From: Candidatus Woesebacteria bacterium GW2011_GWC1_42_9
GTDB taxonomy: Bacteria > Patescibacteriota > Microgenomatia > UBA8517
DNA length: 64,000 nucleotides
Reading direction: 5' to 3'
Assembly: GCA_000995185.1 (NCBI GenBank)
Contig: LCET01000002.1
Location: 220 to 64,219 of the forward strand
Within the stretch, counting starts at the first letter, position 1, and each line of letters opens with the position of its first letter. The translations under genes and the position numbers were made by a program. Below the pieces are notes generated by a model. That model saw only the letters and a list, made by a program, of their open reading frames with translations, made no database searches and was not told the DNA's origin. Shown piece after piece: positions 1 to 10,114 of the stretch.

Positions 1-816
1 ACTCTGGGCGGCGGCGAAGTAATGCCGGCCGATATGGCAGTTGCTTTTGGTGTTTTCGCTAATGGCGGAATTAAACAACCTCTTATCGGCATAACTAAAG
101 TTACCGATTGGAAAGGGAAGGTTTTGGAAGAGGTAAATTTGGCCGATTTAGAACTTTCCGGAGATAGAGTCCTTGATCAGGATGTTTCTTTTTTGATTTC
201 CCACACCCTTTTGGACAACAATGCCCGCTCGGCTGCCTTTGGAGGGGGGTCATTTCTAAATGTGCGGGGACATCCTGAGGTTTCTGTCAAAACGGGAACT
301 ACAAACGAAAGAAAAGACAATTGGACTATTGGTTATACCGAGCAGGCAGTGGTGGTTAGCTGGGTTGGCAATAACGACAATAAGGAGATGAGCGGAGCGG
401 TTTCTGGTGTTTCTGGAGCATCTCCTATTTGGAATACTATTATGAGTGAGGTTTTAGAAAGGGCTGAAGACGGTGCTTACAATAAAGATGAAGAAGGTCA
501 TGCTTGGCCAAAACAACCCAAGGAGGTCGTCGGAGCAAATGTTTGTGCGACAAACGGAAATTTACCGGCTGACCCTAATAACGCCGGGTGTCCCACTAGA
601 TTTGAATACTTCTTGACAGACAGAGTTGGCGCCGGAATTGAGGCGGGGCAAAAGGATGTTCAAATTGATAAAACAAACGGGGCTCTCGCCTACCCCGAAC
701 TTCCTCCGGAATTTATAGAAACTCAGAATAGACCATTCTTACTGGATCCATTAGGGACTTTAGTTTGTCTTGATTGTCCCATGCCGACCTCTCCCACCAC
801 CGTCAGATACCCGTAG
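1..816 (+). CDS. Class A penicillin-binding protein, C-terminal transpeptidase portion (partial; the ORF is open to the window start)
   Basis: The frame is open from nt 1 with no start codon. Translation shows PBP transpeptidase motifs (KTGTTNERKDNWTIGYT, FANGG). It lies tandem to a second full-length PBP1A downstream. Confidence 0.8.
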   Translation, partial: TLGGGEVMPADMAVAFGVFANGGIKQPLIGITKVTDWKGKVLEEVNLADLELSGDRVLDQDVSFLISHTLLDNNARSAAFGGGSFLNVRGHPEVSVKTGTTNERKDNWTIGYTEQAVVVSWVGNNDNKEMSGAVSGVSGASPIWNTIMSEVLERAEDGAYNKDEEGHAWPKQPKEVVGANVCATNGNLPADPNNAGCPTRFEYFLTDRVGAGIEAGQKDVQIDKTNGALAYPELPPEFIETQNRPFLLDPLGTLVCLDCPMPTSPTTVRYP

Positions 817-849
817 CGAAAATTATCTTTCACTGTTACTATATAGGCT

Positions 850-3015
850 ATGAAATGGCCTATTAAAAAAGTAAATAGTTTGTTCGAATCTGTCGGCAAA
901 CCATTTTACTATCTTTTTTTTATTGCGGTCGCGATAATTTTCTTTACATCCATCCTGGTCCATAAATTTATAGGCTCACTTCGAGCGCCAATAATTCCTA
1001 GGTTTAAATATAAAAAAAGAAAATTAAAATTAAACCCGCAGCTTATCACCTCTCTCTTGCTACTGATGGTTATTGCCGGGACTTTCTTCTGGATAGTTGT
1101 AATCTATAGGCTACCTTCTCCCAAAGAACTCACTCAAAGAAAAATCGAGTTATCCACAAAAATATACGACCGCAATGGAGTGCTCCTCTATACAATTTAC
1201 AAAGACCACAATCGAACTTTGATCCCCTTTGAAAAAATCCCCCAAGACATTAAAAATGCAACTTTAGCAGCCGAAGATTCCGAGTTCTACTCCCATAGAG
1301 GATTCTCGATCCGCGGAATCATAAGGTCGTCGTTTAAAAACATCACCGAAGACAAACTATCCGGGGGCTCGACTATTACCCAACAGCTGGTCAAAAATGC
1401 CCTACTCTCCCCAGAAAAAACCGTCGCAAGAAAGCTTCGAGAACTTGTTCTCGCCATGCAGGTTGAGCGAATCTACGAGAAGGATGAAATTTTCGAAATG
1501 TATCTCAATGAAGTGGCTTTCGGTGGAACGGCGTATGGCATACAAGAAGCATCAAGATATTATTTTGGAAAAGACGCCATAAATCTTAATCTGTCAGAGT
1601 CAGCCCTTCTAATCGGGCTCATAAAAAGTCCGACTAAGTTTTCCCCATTTGGTCTTAATCCTGAATCGGCAATTTACAGAAAGAATGAAGTATTAGACCT
1701 CATGGCTGATCGCGGATATATCACCCGTGACCAAGCAAACCAAGCAAGGGCACAAAACATACAGTTTGCTCAGCAAAGGACCGAAATCCTTGCTCCACAC
1801 TTTGTGATGCATGTAAGGCAACTTCTTACAAATATGTATGGAGAGGAAATAGTTAGCCGGGGCGGTCTTCAAGTGGTGACCACCCTTGACTATGAAATTG
1901 AAAAAGAAGCTGAAAGAATAGTTGCCGAAGAAATTGCCAAGATAAGAAATTTAAATGTAGGAAACGGCTCAGCTTTAGTTATTGATCCAAAATCAGGGGA
2001 AATATTATCCATGGTCGGCTCAAAAGATTATTTCAATACTGCCGAAGACGGAAATGTCAACGTGACTACAAGATTAAGACAGCCTGGGTCCTCGATCAAA
2101 GTGATAAATTATGCTCTCTCCCTTATAAACGGCAAGTCCGCATCTACTATCATTGATGACGCTCCAACTACTTTCTCTGTTCCTGGTCAACCGCCATACA
2201 TTCCCAATAATTATGATGGAAAATATCGGGGTAAAATTAGTTTGAGAAGCGCCCTGGCCGAATCACGGAACATCCCCGCCGTTAAACTCCTCAAAGAAAA
2301 CGGGGTCGTCAATATGATCGAGCTTGGACGGAAAATGGGAGTCACTTCTTGGCAAGACCCATCCCAATATGGGTTATCACTCACTCTCGGAGGAGGAGAT
2401 CTCACGCTCCTTGAGCTAGCAAATGTTTACGCTACCCTTGCCAATTACGGCAAAAGGCCAACTCTCTCTTCAATTTTAAAAGTGACTGATCATAAAGGAA
2501 AAGTTTTATATACCAATACTCCTCAGCCGGAGGAAGTCCTGGACCCAAGAATTGCCTTTATAATCACCGATATTTTAAAAGACAACGCCGCGCGGACCCC
2601 GGCTTTTGGCGCCAATAGCGCACTGGTCATCCCCAATCACCGCGAGGTAGCAGTTAAAACCGGAACAAGTAATAATCGTCGTGATAATTTAACAGTCGGC
2701 TATTCCCAAGATTATTTAGTCGCCGTCTGGGTAGGCAACAATGATAACTCCCCTATGAGCTGGGTCGCTTCAGGAGTAACCGGCGCCTCCCCAATCTGGA
2801 ATAAAATAATGACTAACGTCCTTGCTGAGAAAACAAACCACTCTTGGGAAGTGCCCGAAGGAATGGTGCAGGCCCCAATTTGTCCCTACACAGGGACCCT
2901 TCCTTGCGACGGCTGTCCAACAAAAATGGAATGGTTTAGAGTAGAAAATCAACCAACTAAATACTGTCGGATGGAGTGGTTTAATGAGAACCCTCGTACT
3001 CAAATACCTCTTTAG
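850..3015 (+). CDS. mrcA: Penicillin-binding protein 1A (bifunctional glycosyltransferase/transpeptidase)
   Basis: 721 aa with an N-terminal TM helix. GT51 motifs are present (EDSEFYSHRGFSIRGIIRS, GGSTITQQLVKN). Transpeptidase motifs are present (SIKV, KTGTSNNRRD). Gene-symbol assignment is by family only. Confidence 0.85.
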   Translation: MKWPIKKVNSLFESVGKPFYYLFFIAVAIIFFTSILVHKFIGSLRAPIIPRFKYKKRKLKLNPQLITSLLLLMVIAGTFFWIVVIYRLPSPKELTQRKIELSTKIYDRNGVLLYTIYKDHNRTLIPFEKIPQDIKNATLAAEDSEFYSHRGFSIRGIIRSSFKNITEDKLSGGSTITQQLVKNALLSPEKTVARKLRELVLAMQVERIYEKDEIFEMYLNEVAFGGTAYGIQEASRYYFGKDAINLNLSESALLIGLIKSPTKFSPFGLNPESAIYRKNEVLDLMADRGYITRDQANQARAQNIQFAQQRTEILAPHFVMHVRQLLTNMYGEEIVSRGGLQVVTTLDYEIEKEAERIVAEEIAKIRNLNVGNGSALVIDPKSGEILSMVGSKDYFNTAEDGNVNVTTRLRQPGSSIKVINYALSLINGKSASTIIDDAPTTFSVPGQPPYIPNNYDGKYRGKISLRSALAESRNIPAVKLLKENGVVNMIELGRKMGVTSWQDPSQYGLSLTLGGGDLTLLELANVYATLANYGKRPTLSSILKVTDHKGKVLYTNTPQPEEVLDPRIAFIITDILKDNAARTPAFGANSALVIPNHREVAVKTGTSNNRRDNLTVGYSQDYLVAVWVGNNDNSPMSWVASGVTGASPIWNKIMTNVLAEKTNHSWEVPEGMVQAPICPYTGTLPCDGCPTKMEWFRVENQPTKYCRMEWFNENPRTQIPL

Positions 3016-4039
3016 CTAGCTCGGGGATTATTTTGTCCGCCTCGGTTTCAACCACGCCTTTACTCATAATTACCAATACAAACGGCTCATCGCTGAAAAC
3101 TATACCGGCATCATTAACCACATGCACTTCCCGCCCGTATTTATGAGCGACACTATATCCAGTAATCCCAGCTGGGATCCATTCTTCATAAGAAGTATTA
3201 GTAAGCGCATCGACAATTTCTTTAGCCCGGCGACTGCTGGTTATTTTGCCTTCAAAAAGGAGAGTGAAGAAATTGGCGATATCTTCCGGGGTTGTTTCAT
3301 TGTTTTCTAAAGAGGTGTGTGTCATCCCAAGGCTTACGATCACATCATTGATTTTTTCGTCACCAAGAGTCCTTCTGACCATCCGAAAGGCGGTGTTGTC
3401 AGATTGGTTGCCCATGTAATTCACTAGCTCCCGATAGCTATATTTACTCCCTGCCGGTGCCCCGACCAAGCTTCCTGACCCGCCCACTCTGTCTTCCTCA
3501 AGAATAGCCACTTCATCATTCAGATTAATATTTCCTTGATCAGCTTCCATGTATATCCCTGCTATGGCAGGTAACTTAATTAATGAAGCGGCTTGAAAAA
3601 TTTCATCTTTCATCAATCCATAGGATTCTCCAGAATCTAATCTCACTATATAAACTCCATATACCCCCGAAAGTCCCGACACCATCCCCTCAAGTCTTGA
3701 CTCGATCCCCGAAAATTCTTCAGTACTTACTGTCTCTCCTTCAAAAGTAAAAGTCTTTTTAAGACTCAACCCCGGAATAGTAACTCGCGGAACTCCGGGA
3801 AGTTTCCAACTCCTTGCTGAGAGAGCTAAAAGCCCAGACATCAAAGCAGTCCCGATAATGACAAACAAAATAAGATAGCGCTCACCTCTCCCCCATGGTT
3901 TTCTTTCATCTTTCTTCCTGCGCCGCTTTCTCCCGTTTTCAGGCTTGCCAGCATCCAATTTCCTTGTACGATAATTCTCGTCATGCCTGTCGTCTGAAGC
4001 TTCAGCGGAGGATGATTTGACCCTCTTAAAAAATCTCAT
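2981..4039 (-). CDS. Class A beta-lactamase-like serine hydrolase, membrane anchored
   Basis: SxxK (ASLIKL), SDN (NQSDNTAF), E-x-x-N-like (SLENNET) and K-Y-G in place of KTG. The basic N-terminus is followed by a TM helix. The gene converges on the PBP gene with a 35-nt overlap. Confidence 0.6.
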   Translation of the reverse strand: MRFFKRVKSSSAEASDDRHDENYRTRKLDAGKPENGRKRRRKKDERKPWGRGERYLILFVIIGTALMSGLLALSARSWKLPGVPRVTIPGLSLKKTFTFEGETVSTEEFSGIESRLEGMVSGLSGVYGVYIVRLDSGESYGLMKDEIFQAASLIKLPAIAGIYMEADQGNINLNDEVAILEEDRVGGSGSLVGAPAGSKYSYRELVNYMGNQSDNTAFRMVRRTLGDEKINDVIVSLGMTHTSLENNETTPEDIANFFTLLFEGKITSSRRAKEIVDALTNTSYEEWIPAGITGYSVAHKYGREVHVVNDAGIVFSDEPFVLVIMSKGVVETEADKIIPELAKEVFEYEGSH

Positions 4040-4042
4040 ATA

Positions 4043-4759
4043 ATGATTATATCAATGGAACCAGACCAAATGCCCACTCCTCCTGAAGGAGTGACCCAAG
4101 TGCCCAATGAAATGCCGCCCATTCCCGGCGTCAATGCTCCAGAAAAAAAATCATTTTTCAGTTTTCTTAAAGTTCCAAAACTTAATTTCAAATTTATTTT
4201 GGTTTCGATTATCGCGGGATTACTTTTAGGAGCGGCAATTTACCTTCGCATCCAAAACAAGCGCCTCAAATCCCAACTGACAGCTATTCCCACTCCTACT
4301 CCATCAACCGAACCAACTGCCACTCCTTCGCCCACTGGCGAACCAACTGCAGATTGGAAGACATATAACAATCAACGGTTAAAGTTTTTATTTCAATATC
4401 CACAAGATTATGAATTTAATGTTATTCCCCGAGACGATGGCTCTGGTTTTACTTTAATGCTTGGACCAAACAATGATAGCCTGTTTAGAATTTCTGCCCG
4501 TGATAAATATTCCAAACCCGAAGCACTTTATTTTCTTGACACTCCATCCACAGGAAAAATAACTATCAACGATAAAATGTGGAATATATATTATCTACCA
4601 ACCGGATATGGTGATGGTGGAACAGTTGGATCGGGTCAACCAGTATATGGCCTCCAATTAGAAAACAATCAAATTCTATACACGATTACTATGTACAACC
4701 AAAAAGAAATTAATTCTCAACAAAACCAAATCCTCTCCACTTTTGAGTTTACTAACTAG
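4043..4759 (+). CDS. Hypothetical membrane-anchored protein with Pro/Thr-rich linker
   Basis: 238-aa ORF with one TM helix, a PTPTPSTEPTATPSPTGEPT linker and a globular C-terminal domain. No family was recognised. Confidence 0.45.
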   Translation: MIISMEPDQMPTPPEGVTQVPNEMPPIPGVNAPEKKSFFSFLKVPKLNFKFILVSIIAGLLLGAAIYLRIQNKRLKSQLTAIPTPTPSTEPTATPSPTGEPTADWKTYNNQRLKFLFQYPQDYEFNVIPRDDGSGFTLMLGPNNDSLFRISARDKYSKPEALYFLDTPSTGKITINDKMWNIYYLPTGYGDGGTVGSGQPVYGLQLENNQILYTITMYNQKEINSQQNQILSTFEFTN

Positions 4760-5742
4760 GTTCTTCGATTCGGCCAAACCTCTTCGTTAGCCATGTTTTC
4801 GGGCCTTTTGCCGGATAGACAATCTAAGATTGCAGATACTGCTTGCTCACCCATTTTATTTCTGGCTTCCCTTGTGGCACTGGCAATATGGGGTGTAAGA
4901 ATCACATTTTCCATGGCAATTAATTCCGGATTAATATTTGGCTCATTATCAAAAACATCCAAGGCCGCTCCGCCTATAACTCCCTCTCGCAAAGCATCCA
5001 CCAAGTCCCCTTCGTCTACTATAGATCCTCTGGCAGTATTGATGAGAAAGCTCCCTTTTTTAAACTTTGATAGTCTTGATTTATTAATCATGTGGCGGGT
5101 TTCCTCAGTTAATGGAATATGGAGTGATACCACGTCGGAACTTGATAATAATTCATTAAGCTTTACAAATTTAATCCCCAATTCTTTTTCTGCCTTTCGG
5201 TCCGGCTTGGTCTTATTGTATAAAACGTTCATCCCGCATCCTCTGGCATGTTTGGCAGTGATCGAGCCAATCCTTCCTAGTCCCACGATCCCAAAAGTTT
5301 TCCCACATAAATTAGACCCTAAAAATATCCCCGGCTCCCAGCCTTTGTAGGAGCCCCTCCTGGTGGATTCATCTGCTTCCACTATCCTTCTAGTTAAGGC
5401 AAAAGTGAGAGCAATGGCGTGCTCAGCGACCGCTTCGTTGACTTCATCGCTTGGAGTATTAGTTACCGCCACGCCTTTATCTGTTGCCTCTTTGATATTT
5501 ATATTGTCAAAGCCCACGGCATAATTAGAGATAATTTTTAGCTGTGGACCGATAGCATCGATCACTTCGCCGTCAATTTTGTCAGTGAGGAGGATAAGCA
5601 AGGCGTCAGCACCTTTGGCACGCTCCAAAAATTCTTCGATAGCAAGCGGTCTATCAAACTCAGAAACGATCACTTCGTGCTTTGACTTAGTCAGTCTATC
5701 TAATGCCTCTCCTGGTATTTTTCTTGAAACAAAAATCTTCAT
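4756..5742 (-). CDS. D-isomer-specific 2-hydroxyacid dehydrogenase (GhrB/SerA-like)
   Basis: NAD-binding GxGxxG (GIVGLGRIGS) and the catalytic His region (LTPHIASAT) are present. Length is 328 aa. Confidence 0.8.
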   Translation of the reverse strand: MKIFVSRKIPGEALDRLTKSKHEVIVSEFDRPLAIEEFLERAKGADALLILLTDKIDGEVIDAIGPQLKIISNYAVGFDNINIKEATDKGVAVTNTPSDEVNEAVAEHAIALTFALTRRIVEADESTRRGSYKGWEPGIFLGSNLCGKTFGIVGLGRIGSITAKHARGCGMNVLYNKTKPDRKAEKELGIKFVKLNELLSSSDVVSLHIPLTEETRHMINKSRLSKFKKGSFLINTARGSIVDEGDLVDALREGVIGGAALDVFDNEPNINPELIAMENVILTPHIASATREARNKMGEQAVSAILDCLSGKRPENMANEEVWPNRRT

Positions 5743-6725
5743 ATTTCTTCTAATTTGATATTAGCCACCTCCACTTTCTTAATCCATTCTGGAAGCTGTC
5801 CGCTTGTTAATTGTCCCTCTTGTGGGCCGAAATACTGGATGACGCTTGAAGAGTTGCACATCCCCCACACCATCCCCTCCCCAAGCGATTTCCCATTAAT
5901 GAGTGCCGAGATACACCCAACACTGAAAGCATCCCCTGCGCCGGTCCGCTCTTTTGACTTAATTGGAAGTATCCCAAGATATAAATATTTTTGCCCATCC
6001 CAAGCATATGCCCCATTAGGGCCATCGGTAATTACTGCCTTTTTGGGGCCAAGAGCAATCAATGCTTTTAATAAATCTTTTTCCTTTTTATGGCTCTCTC
6101 CAAAATTAGTTACTTCTTCCGCCTCATTCCTATTCACTAACAATAATTCAGTTAATTCTAAATATGGCTTAAGCCACAGGACACCTTTTTTGATCTGACG
6201 CCCCCCGGGGTTAAACCCTAGTCTGGCATCGCTTTTCCTAAGCCACTCCAAAACGCCATTATAATAATTGTCAAATTTCTCGCTGGTCGAAGTTAAGTAT
6301 GCCCACTCGCTGGTCTCCAAATTCAGCGGGAAAACAGGCTCCTCGGGATCGTAATAGGAAAGGATCGTCCTTTCCCCTTGATACATCACCACTGCTCCAA
6401 AGCCCTCGCTCACTCCTTCTGTTTGAGTCACATAAGTAGCGTCCGTAGCTTTATTAAGGATTTCTTTAACGGCGTTTGCCATATGCCCTGTCCCAATTTC
6501 GGCGACCAACCTCGTTTCAACTCCCATCTTTTTGGCACCAACCGACACATTGGCTCCATTCCCGCCAATGATAAATTTCGTATCCCGAAGCGGGATTTTT
6601 GAGGAATATGTCAAGGCAATTAAACTCTCGTGAGTATCCAAACGGCATAGTGTATCGACCTCGCTATCAGGTAGAACGAGATAGGCATCCATCCTTGCTG
6701 ATCCAAAAACAGTTAATTTGCTCAT
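5739..6725 (-). CDS. PfkB-family carbohydrate kinase (ribokinase-like)
   Basis: The N-terminal GG motif (IGGNGANVSVG) and the C-terminal PfkB signature (GAGDAFSVGCISALING) are present. It overlaps its neighbours by 4 nt, which indicates an operon. Confidence 0.75.
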   Translation of the reverse strand: MSKLTVFGSARMDAYLVLPDSEVDTLCRLDTHESLIALTYSSKIPLRDTKFIIGGNGANVSVGAKKMGVETRLVAEIGTGHMANAVKEILNKATDATYVTQTEGVSEGFGAVVMYQGERTILSYYDPEEPVFPLNLETSEWAYLTSTSEKFDNYYNGVLEWLRKSDARLGFNPGGRQIKKGVLWLKPYLELTELLLVNRNEAEEVTNFGESHKKEKDLLKALIALGPKKAVITDGPNGAYAWDGQKYLYLGILPIKSKERTGAGDAFSVGCISALINGKSLGEGMVWGMCNSSSVIQYFGPQEGQLTSGQLPEWIKKVEVANIKLEEI

Positions 6726-7693
6726 CGCTTAAATCTTGCTTCTGAATTCAGTCTACATCTTTTCAAGAACTCTTCTTGAGCAAATTTTAGGTTTTTTGGG
6801 TCGCCCTTCCAAATCTTCATAGCGGTAGACTGGAGTGCTCTCCCGAAAGAAAATGATAGCTCCCAAGGCGGAGTGCCTCCAAGAGCGTTTATCGCAGAGA
6901 GATGTTTGGTTGCCTCATCGGCACTTTGTCCCCCGGACAAAAAAACCAAACCTGACACTTCTTTCGGGACTGTCGCACTCATAACTCGTGCCGTTTCTTT
7001 AGCAATTTTTTGGGGAGAAGCTTTCTCGGCCGAATCCTCTCCAGGTAAAACCATATTAGGTTTTAAAAGCATCCCCTTCAAATTAACTTTATAGTTACCT
7101 AGTTCCTCAAAGACTACTTTTAAGACCCTTTCTGTGACCTTGGCACAGGTCGAAATATCGTGACTCCCATCCATCAAGACCTCTGGCTCAACGATCGGGA
7201 CCATCCCTGCTTCTTGGGAGAGAATAGCAAACCTTCCAAGCAAATTAGCGTTTTCATAAATTGCCTCATGGCTCGGAAGCCCTTCAGCGATTGTATAAAC
7301 TGCTCTCCATTTGGTAAATTGAGCCCCTAATTTTTTATATTTTGGCAAGCGCTCTTTTAAGTCGTTTAGCCCTTCAGTGATTACTTCGTTTTTTGAAGTC
7401 GGCATGGATTTTTTGCCTGCATCTACCTTAATTCCAACGATAATATTTTTGTTTAATAACAAATCAACAAGCGATTTATCCTGAAGGGTCTCCTCAAACA
7501 AAATCACCCCGCTAATATATTTTTCTATCTCTCTTGTGGAAAAAAGGAGCTCGCGCCAGCTATGACGGGTAACCGGGGTTGATTTAATTCCAATCTTATC
7601 AAAGCGCTTTTTGATAGTCGGCAGGCTCTCGTCCGCAGCCAAGATTCCCTTACTAGGGGCGACTAATTGATGGGCAATTTCGATTAAATCCAT
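6722..7693 (-). CDS. fba: Fructose-bisphosphate aldolase, class I
   Basis: The N-terminal KGILAADES motif and overall similarity to eukaryotic/archaeal-style class I FBA. Length is 323 aa. Confidence 0.8.
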   Translation of the reverse strand: MDLIEIAHQLVAPSKGILAADESLPTIKKRFDKIGIKSTPVTRHSWRELLFSTREIEKYISGVILFEETLQDKSLVDLLLNKNIIVGIKVDAGKKSMPTSKNEVITEGLNDLKERLPKYKKLGAQFTKWRAVYTIAEGLPSHEAIYENANLLGRFAILSQEAGMVPIVEPEVLMDGSHDISTCAKVTERVLKVVFEELGNYKVNLKGMLLKPNMVLPGEDSAEKASPQKIAKETARVMSATVPKEVSGLVFLSGGQSADEATKHLSAINALGGTPPWELSFSFGRALQSTAMKIWKGDPKNLKFAQEEFLKRCRLNSEARFKR

Positions 7694-8688
7694 TAGTTAT
7701 TTTTTCTTCTGATCACTCTTTTGGAAGCAGAAATTATATCTTCCGAGGTTAGGCCAAATTTTTTAATCAACTCTCTAGGATTCCCAGATTCTCCATATTG
7801 GTCATTAACCCCAACAAACTCCATTGGTACCGGGAAATTTTTGGCAAGCACTTCGGCGATTGCACTTCCGAGCCCGCCAGTCATTTGATGGTCCTCAACC
7901 GTGACGATAGCTCCTGCTATCTTGGCCGCTTTAATAATTGCTTGTTCGTCCATGGGCTTAATAGTGTGGCAATTAATTACCAAAGAATTTATTTTACTTT
8001 TTGATAGTTTCCTCGCCGCATTAAGCGCCTCATACAGAAGGGGTCCTGTTGCAATTATCGCCACCTTCGGGTCCCTACTTTCCCAGTAAATCTCTGCCTT
8101 CCCGATTTCAAAAGGCGTCTTTTCGGTAGTAAACACTGGGGAATCGGTGCGGCTTAAGCGAAGATAGGTTGGCTTGCCATTGTCCATTGCGGCAAGGACC
8201 GCCTTTTTGGATTCAACCGCATCCGAGAGTGAAAGCACAACCATCCTCGGCAAAACGCGCATGAGAGCAATATCTTCAAGGGCTTGGTGGGTCGCTCCAT
8301 CTGGCCCAACAGTAATCCCGGCATGCCCTCCGACAATTTTTACCGGAACATTATTAAAGGCAATTGTGGTCCTAATTTGTTCCCAATTTCTCCCCGGGGA
8401 AAAAATAGCGTAGCTTGCAGCAAAGGGAATTTTCCCATAAGCCGCCATGCCGCTAGCTATGGTTACCAGAGCCTGCTCTGCGACACCCACTTCAATGTAG
8501 CGCTCTGGGAACTCTTTTTTAAACAAGGACACTCGTACCGAATCCGATAAATCCGCGCTTAACCCGACCACTTTTTCATTATTTCTTCCGGCTTCTACCA
8601 ACCCTTCTCCAAATCCATCCCTCGTTGCCTTCATCTCGATGTCTCTCTTAAAAATCTTCGGCGATAAATTTAATTTTTTGTTAATCAT
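7693..8688 (-). CDS. Transketolase, C-terminal subunit (split transketolase)
   Basis: Pyrimidine-binding and C-terminal domain motifs are present (FNVPVKIVGGHAGITVGPDGATHQ). The gene is adjacent to the N-terminal subunit gene. Confidence 0.85.
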   Translation of the reverse strand: MINKKLNLSPKIFKRDIEMKATRDGFGEGLVEAGRNNEKVVGLSADLSDSVRVSLFKKEFPERYIEVGVAEQALVTIASGMAAYGKIPFAASYAIFSPGRNWEQIRTTIAFNNVPVKIVGGHAGITVGPDGATHQALEDIALMRVLPRMVVLSLSDAVESKKAVLAAMDNGKPTYLRLSRTDSPVFTTEKTPFEIGKAEIYWESRDPKVAIIATGPLLYEALNAARKLSKSKINSLVINCHTIKPMDEQAIIKAAKIAGAIVTVEDHQMTGGLGSAIAEVLAKNFPVPMEFVGVNDQYGESGNPRELIKKFGLTSEDIISASKRVIRRKNN

Positions 8689-9512
8689 TTCTTATATTTC
8701 AGCTCTTTTAAGGCTTGCTTTGCCTCGGATTCGCTTGGCGCCTTCCCATGCCATTCATATTTCCCCTCCATAGAACTTACCCCACGCCCTGGAACGGTCT
8801 TTGCGATGATTACTGTTGGCTTGTCAGATTCTCTTCTGGCGCTCCCGACCGCAGAAATTATCTGGTCAAAATCATGGCCATTTATCTCAATCACATTCCA
8901 CCTAAAGCTTTCATATTTATCCCGCAAGGGCTCAAGGGGCATAATCTCCTCCGTGTCTCCACTTATTTGAATATTGTTCCTGTCAATAAAACTGGTTAAA
9001 TTATTGAGTTTATTTTTACCGGCAAACATTACCGCCTCCCAATGATTCCCTTCCTGATGCTCCGCGTCGCTTGTCAAGCAAAAAATTCGAAACCGTGCCT
9101 CATCCATCCGTGCCGCATAGGCATACCCTGCCGCCTGGGCAAGACCCAAGCCCAAAGGACCAGAACTAGACTCAATCATCGACAATTTCATGCGCTCTGG
9201 ATGCCCCTGAAGCGGGGAATCAAGCCTCCTTAAAGTCTTTAAATAGCTCATAGGGAAATATCCGGCCAGAGCCAAAGTGGCGTAATAAGCTGGAGCGACA
9301 TGTCCGCAAGACAAAAAAAATCTATCACGATCCTCCCAATGCGGATTTTCTGGATCATGATTCAAAATATTAAAAAAAAGGGCCGCAAAAATATCTGCTA
9401 ACCCTAGTGGCCCAGCAGAGTGTCCAGACCCGGCCAAGACAAGCATTTTGATAATTTCTTGCCTGATCTCAGCCGCTTTTTCTTTAAGTTCTTCGGCAGG
9501 TAACGGTTTCAT
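8685..9512 (-). CDS. Transketolase, N-terminal (TPP-binding) subunit
   Basis: The TPP-binding motif is present (GSGHSAGPLGLADI ... GDTEE). It is 275 aa and has a 4-nt overlap with the C-terminal subunit gene. Confidence 0.85.
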   Translation of the reverse strand: MKPLPAEELKEKAAEIRQEIIKMLVLAGSGHSAGPLGLADIFAALFFNILNHDPENPHWEDRDRFFLSCGHVAPAYYATLALAGYFPMSYLKTLRRLDSPLQGHPERMKLSMIESSSGPLGLGLAQAAGYAYAARMDEARFRIFCLTSDAEHQEGNHWEAVMFAGKNKLNNLTSFIDRNNIQISGDTEEIMPLEPLRDKYESFRWNVIEINGHDFDQIISAVGSARRESDKPTVIIAKTVPGRGVSSMEGKYEWHGKAPSESEAKQALKELKYKK

Positions 9513-10114
9513 CTCTTTCCCCAGCTTAATTCTCTTTGGAGTTTTTCAACAGCAGGGAGCACTTCTTCGCGCTTATCAACGATCTCAAAAACACTTAGCT
9601 CCTGTTTATCGATATTAAGATTATCACTTAGAGCCTTAACGATTTCTCTCCAAAATTTCCCATACAAAATAAAAGGCTTATGATGGCCGTAATAAAGCTT
9701 TGCTAAAACCCAAGCTGTTCCAAATTCACTAACCGTCCCAGTCCCTCCTTTAAACATGATAAAAATATCCCCATGCTGAATAAGTTTAAACATCCGCTCA
9801 ATATAATTGGTCGTCTTTATCTCTTTATCGGTAATATTGGCTAAATATTTCCCTTCAAACCCCGGAGCATCATTTGTCTCAAAGGTCACCGAAAGCGTCT
9901 CTCCCTTTCCTGCCTCGGCTCCTTGAGTAGAAGCATTCATCACCCCAGGGCCACCGCCATTGACAATAACATAACCGGCTTCCGCCAAGGTCTTTGCTAT
10001 CTCAAAAGCATCTTTATATGTCGGGTCACTTTCGCCAATATTTGCATCACCAAAAAAAGCAACGTTCTTTATCATCCTTCTTTGAAAAGCCGTATCTATT
10101 CTTACTTGTCTCAT
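9509..10114 (-). CDS. LOG-family (TIGR00730) Rossmann-fold nucleotide-binding protein
   Basis: VNGGGPGVMNA and FKGGTGTVSEF motifs typical of the LOG / lysine-decarboxylase-like family. Confidence 0.7.
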   Translation of the reverse strand: MRQVRIDTAFQRRMIKNVAFFGDANIGESDPTYKDAFEIAKTLAEAGYVIVNGGGPGVMNASTQGAEAGKGETLSVTFETNDAPGFEGKYLANITDKEIKTTNYIERMFKLIQHGDIFIMFKGGTGTVSEFGTAWVLAKLYYGHHKPFILYGKFWREIVKALSDNLNIDKQELSVFEIVDKREEVLPAVEKLQRELSWGKR

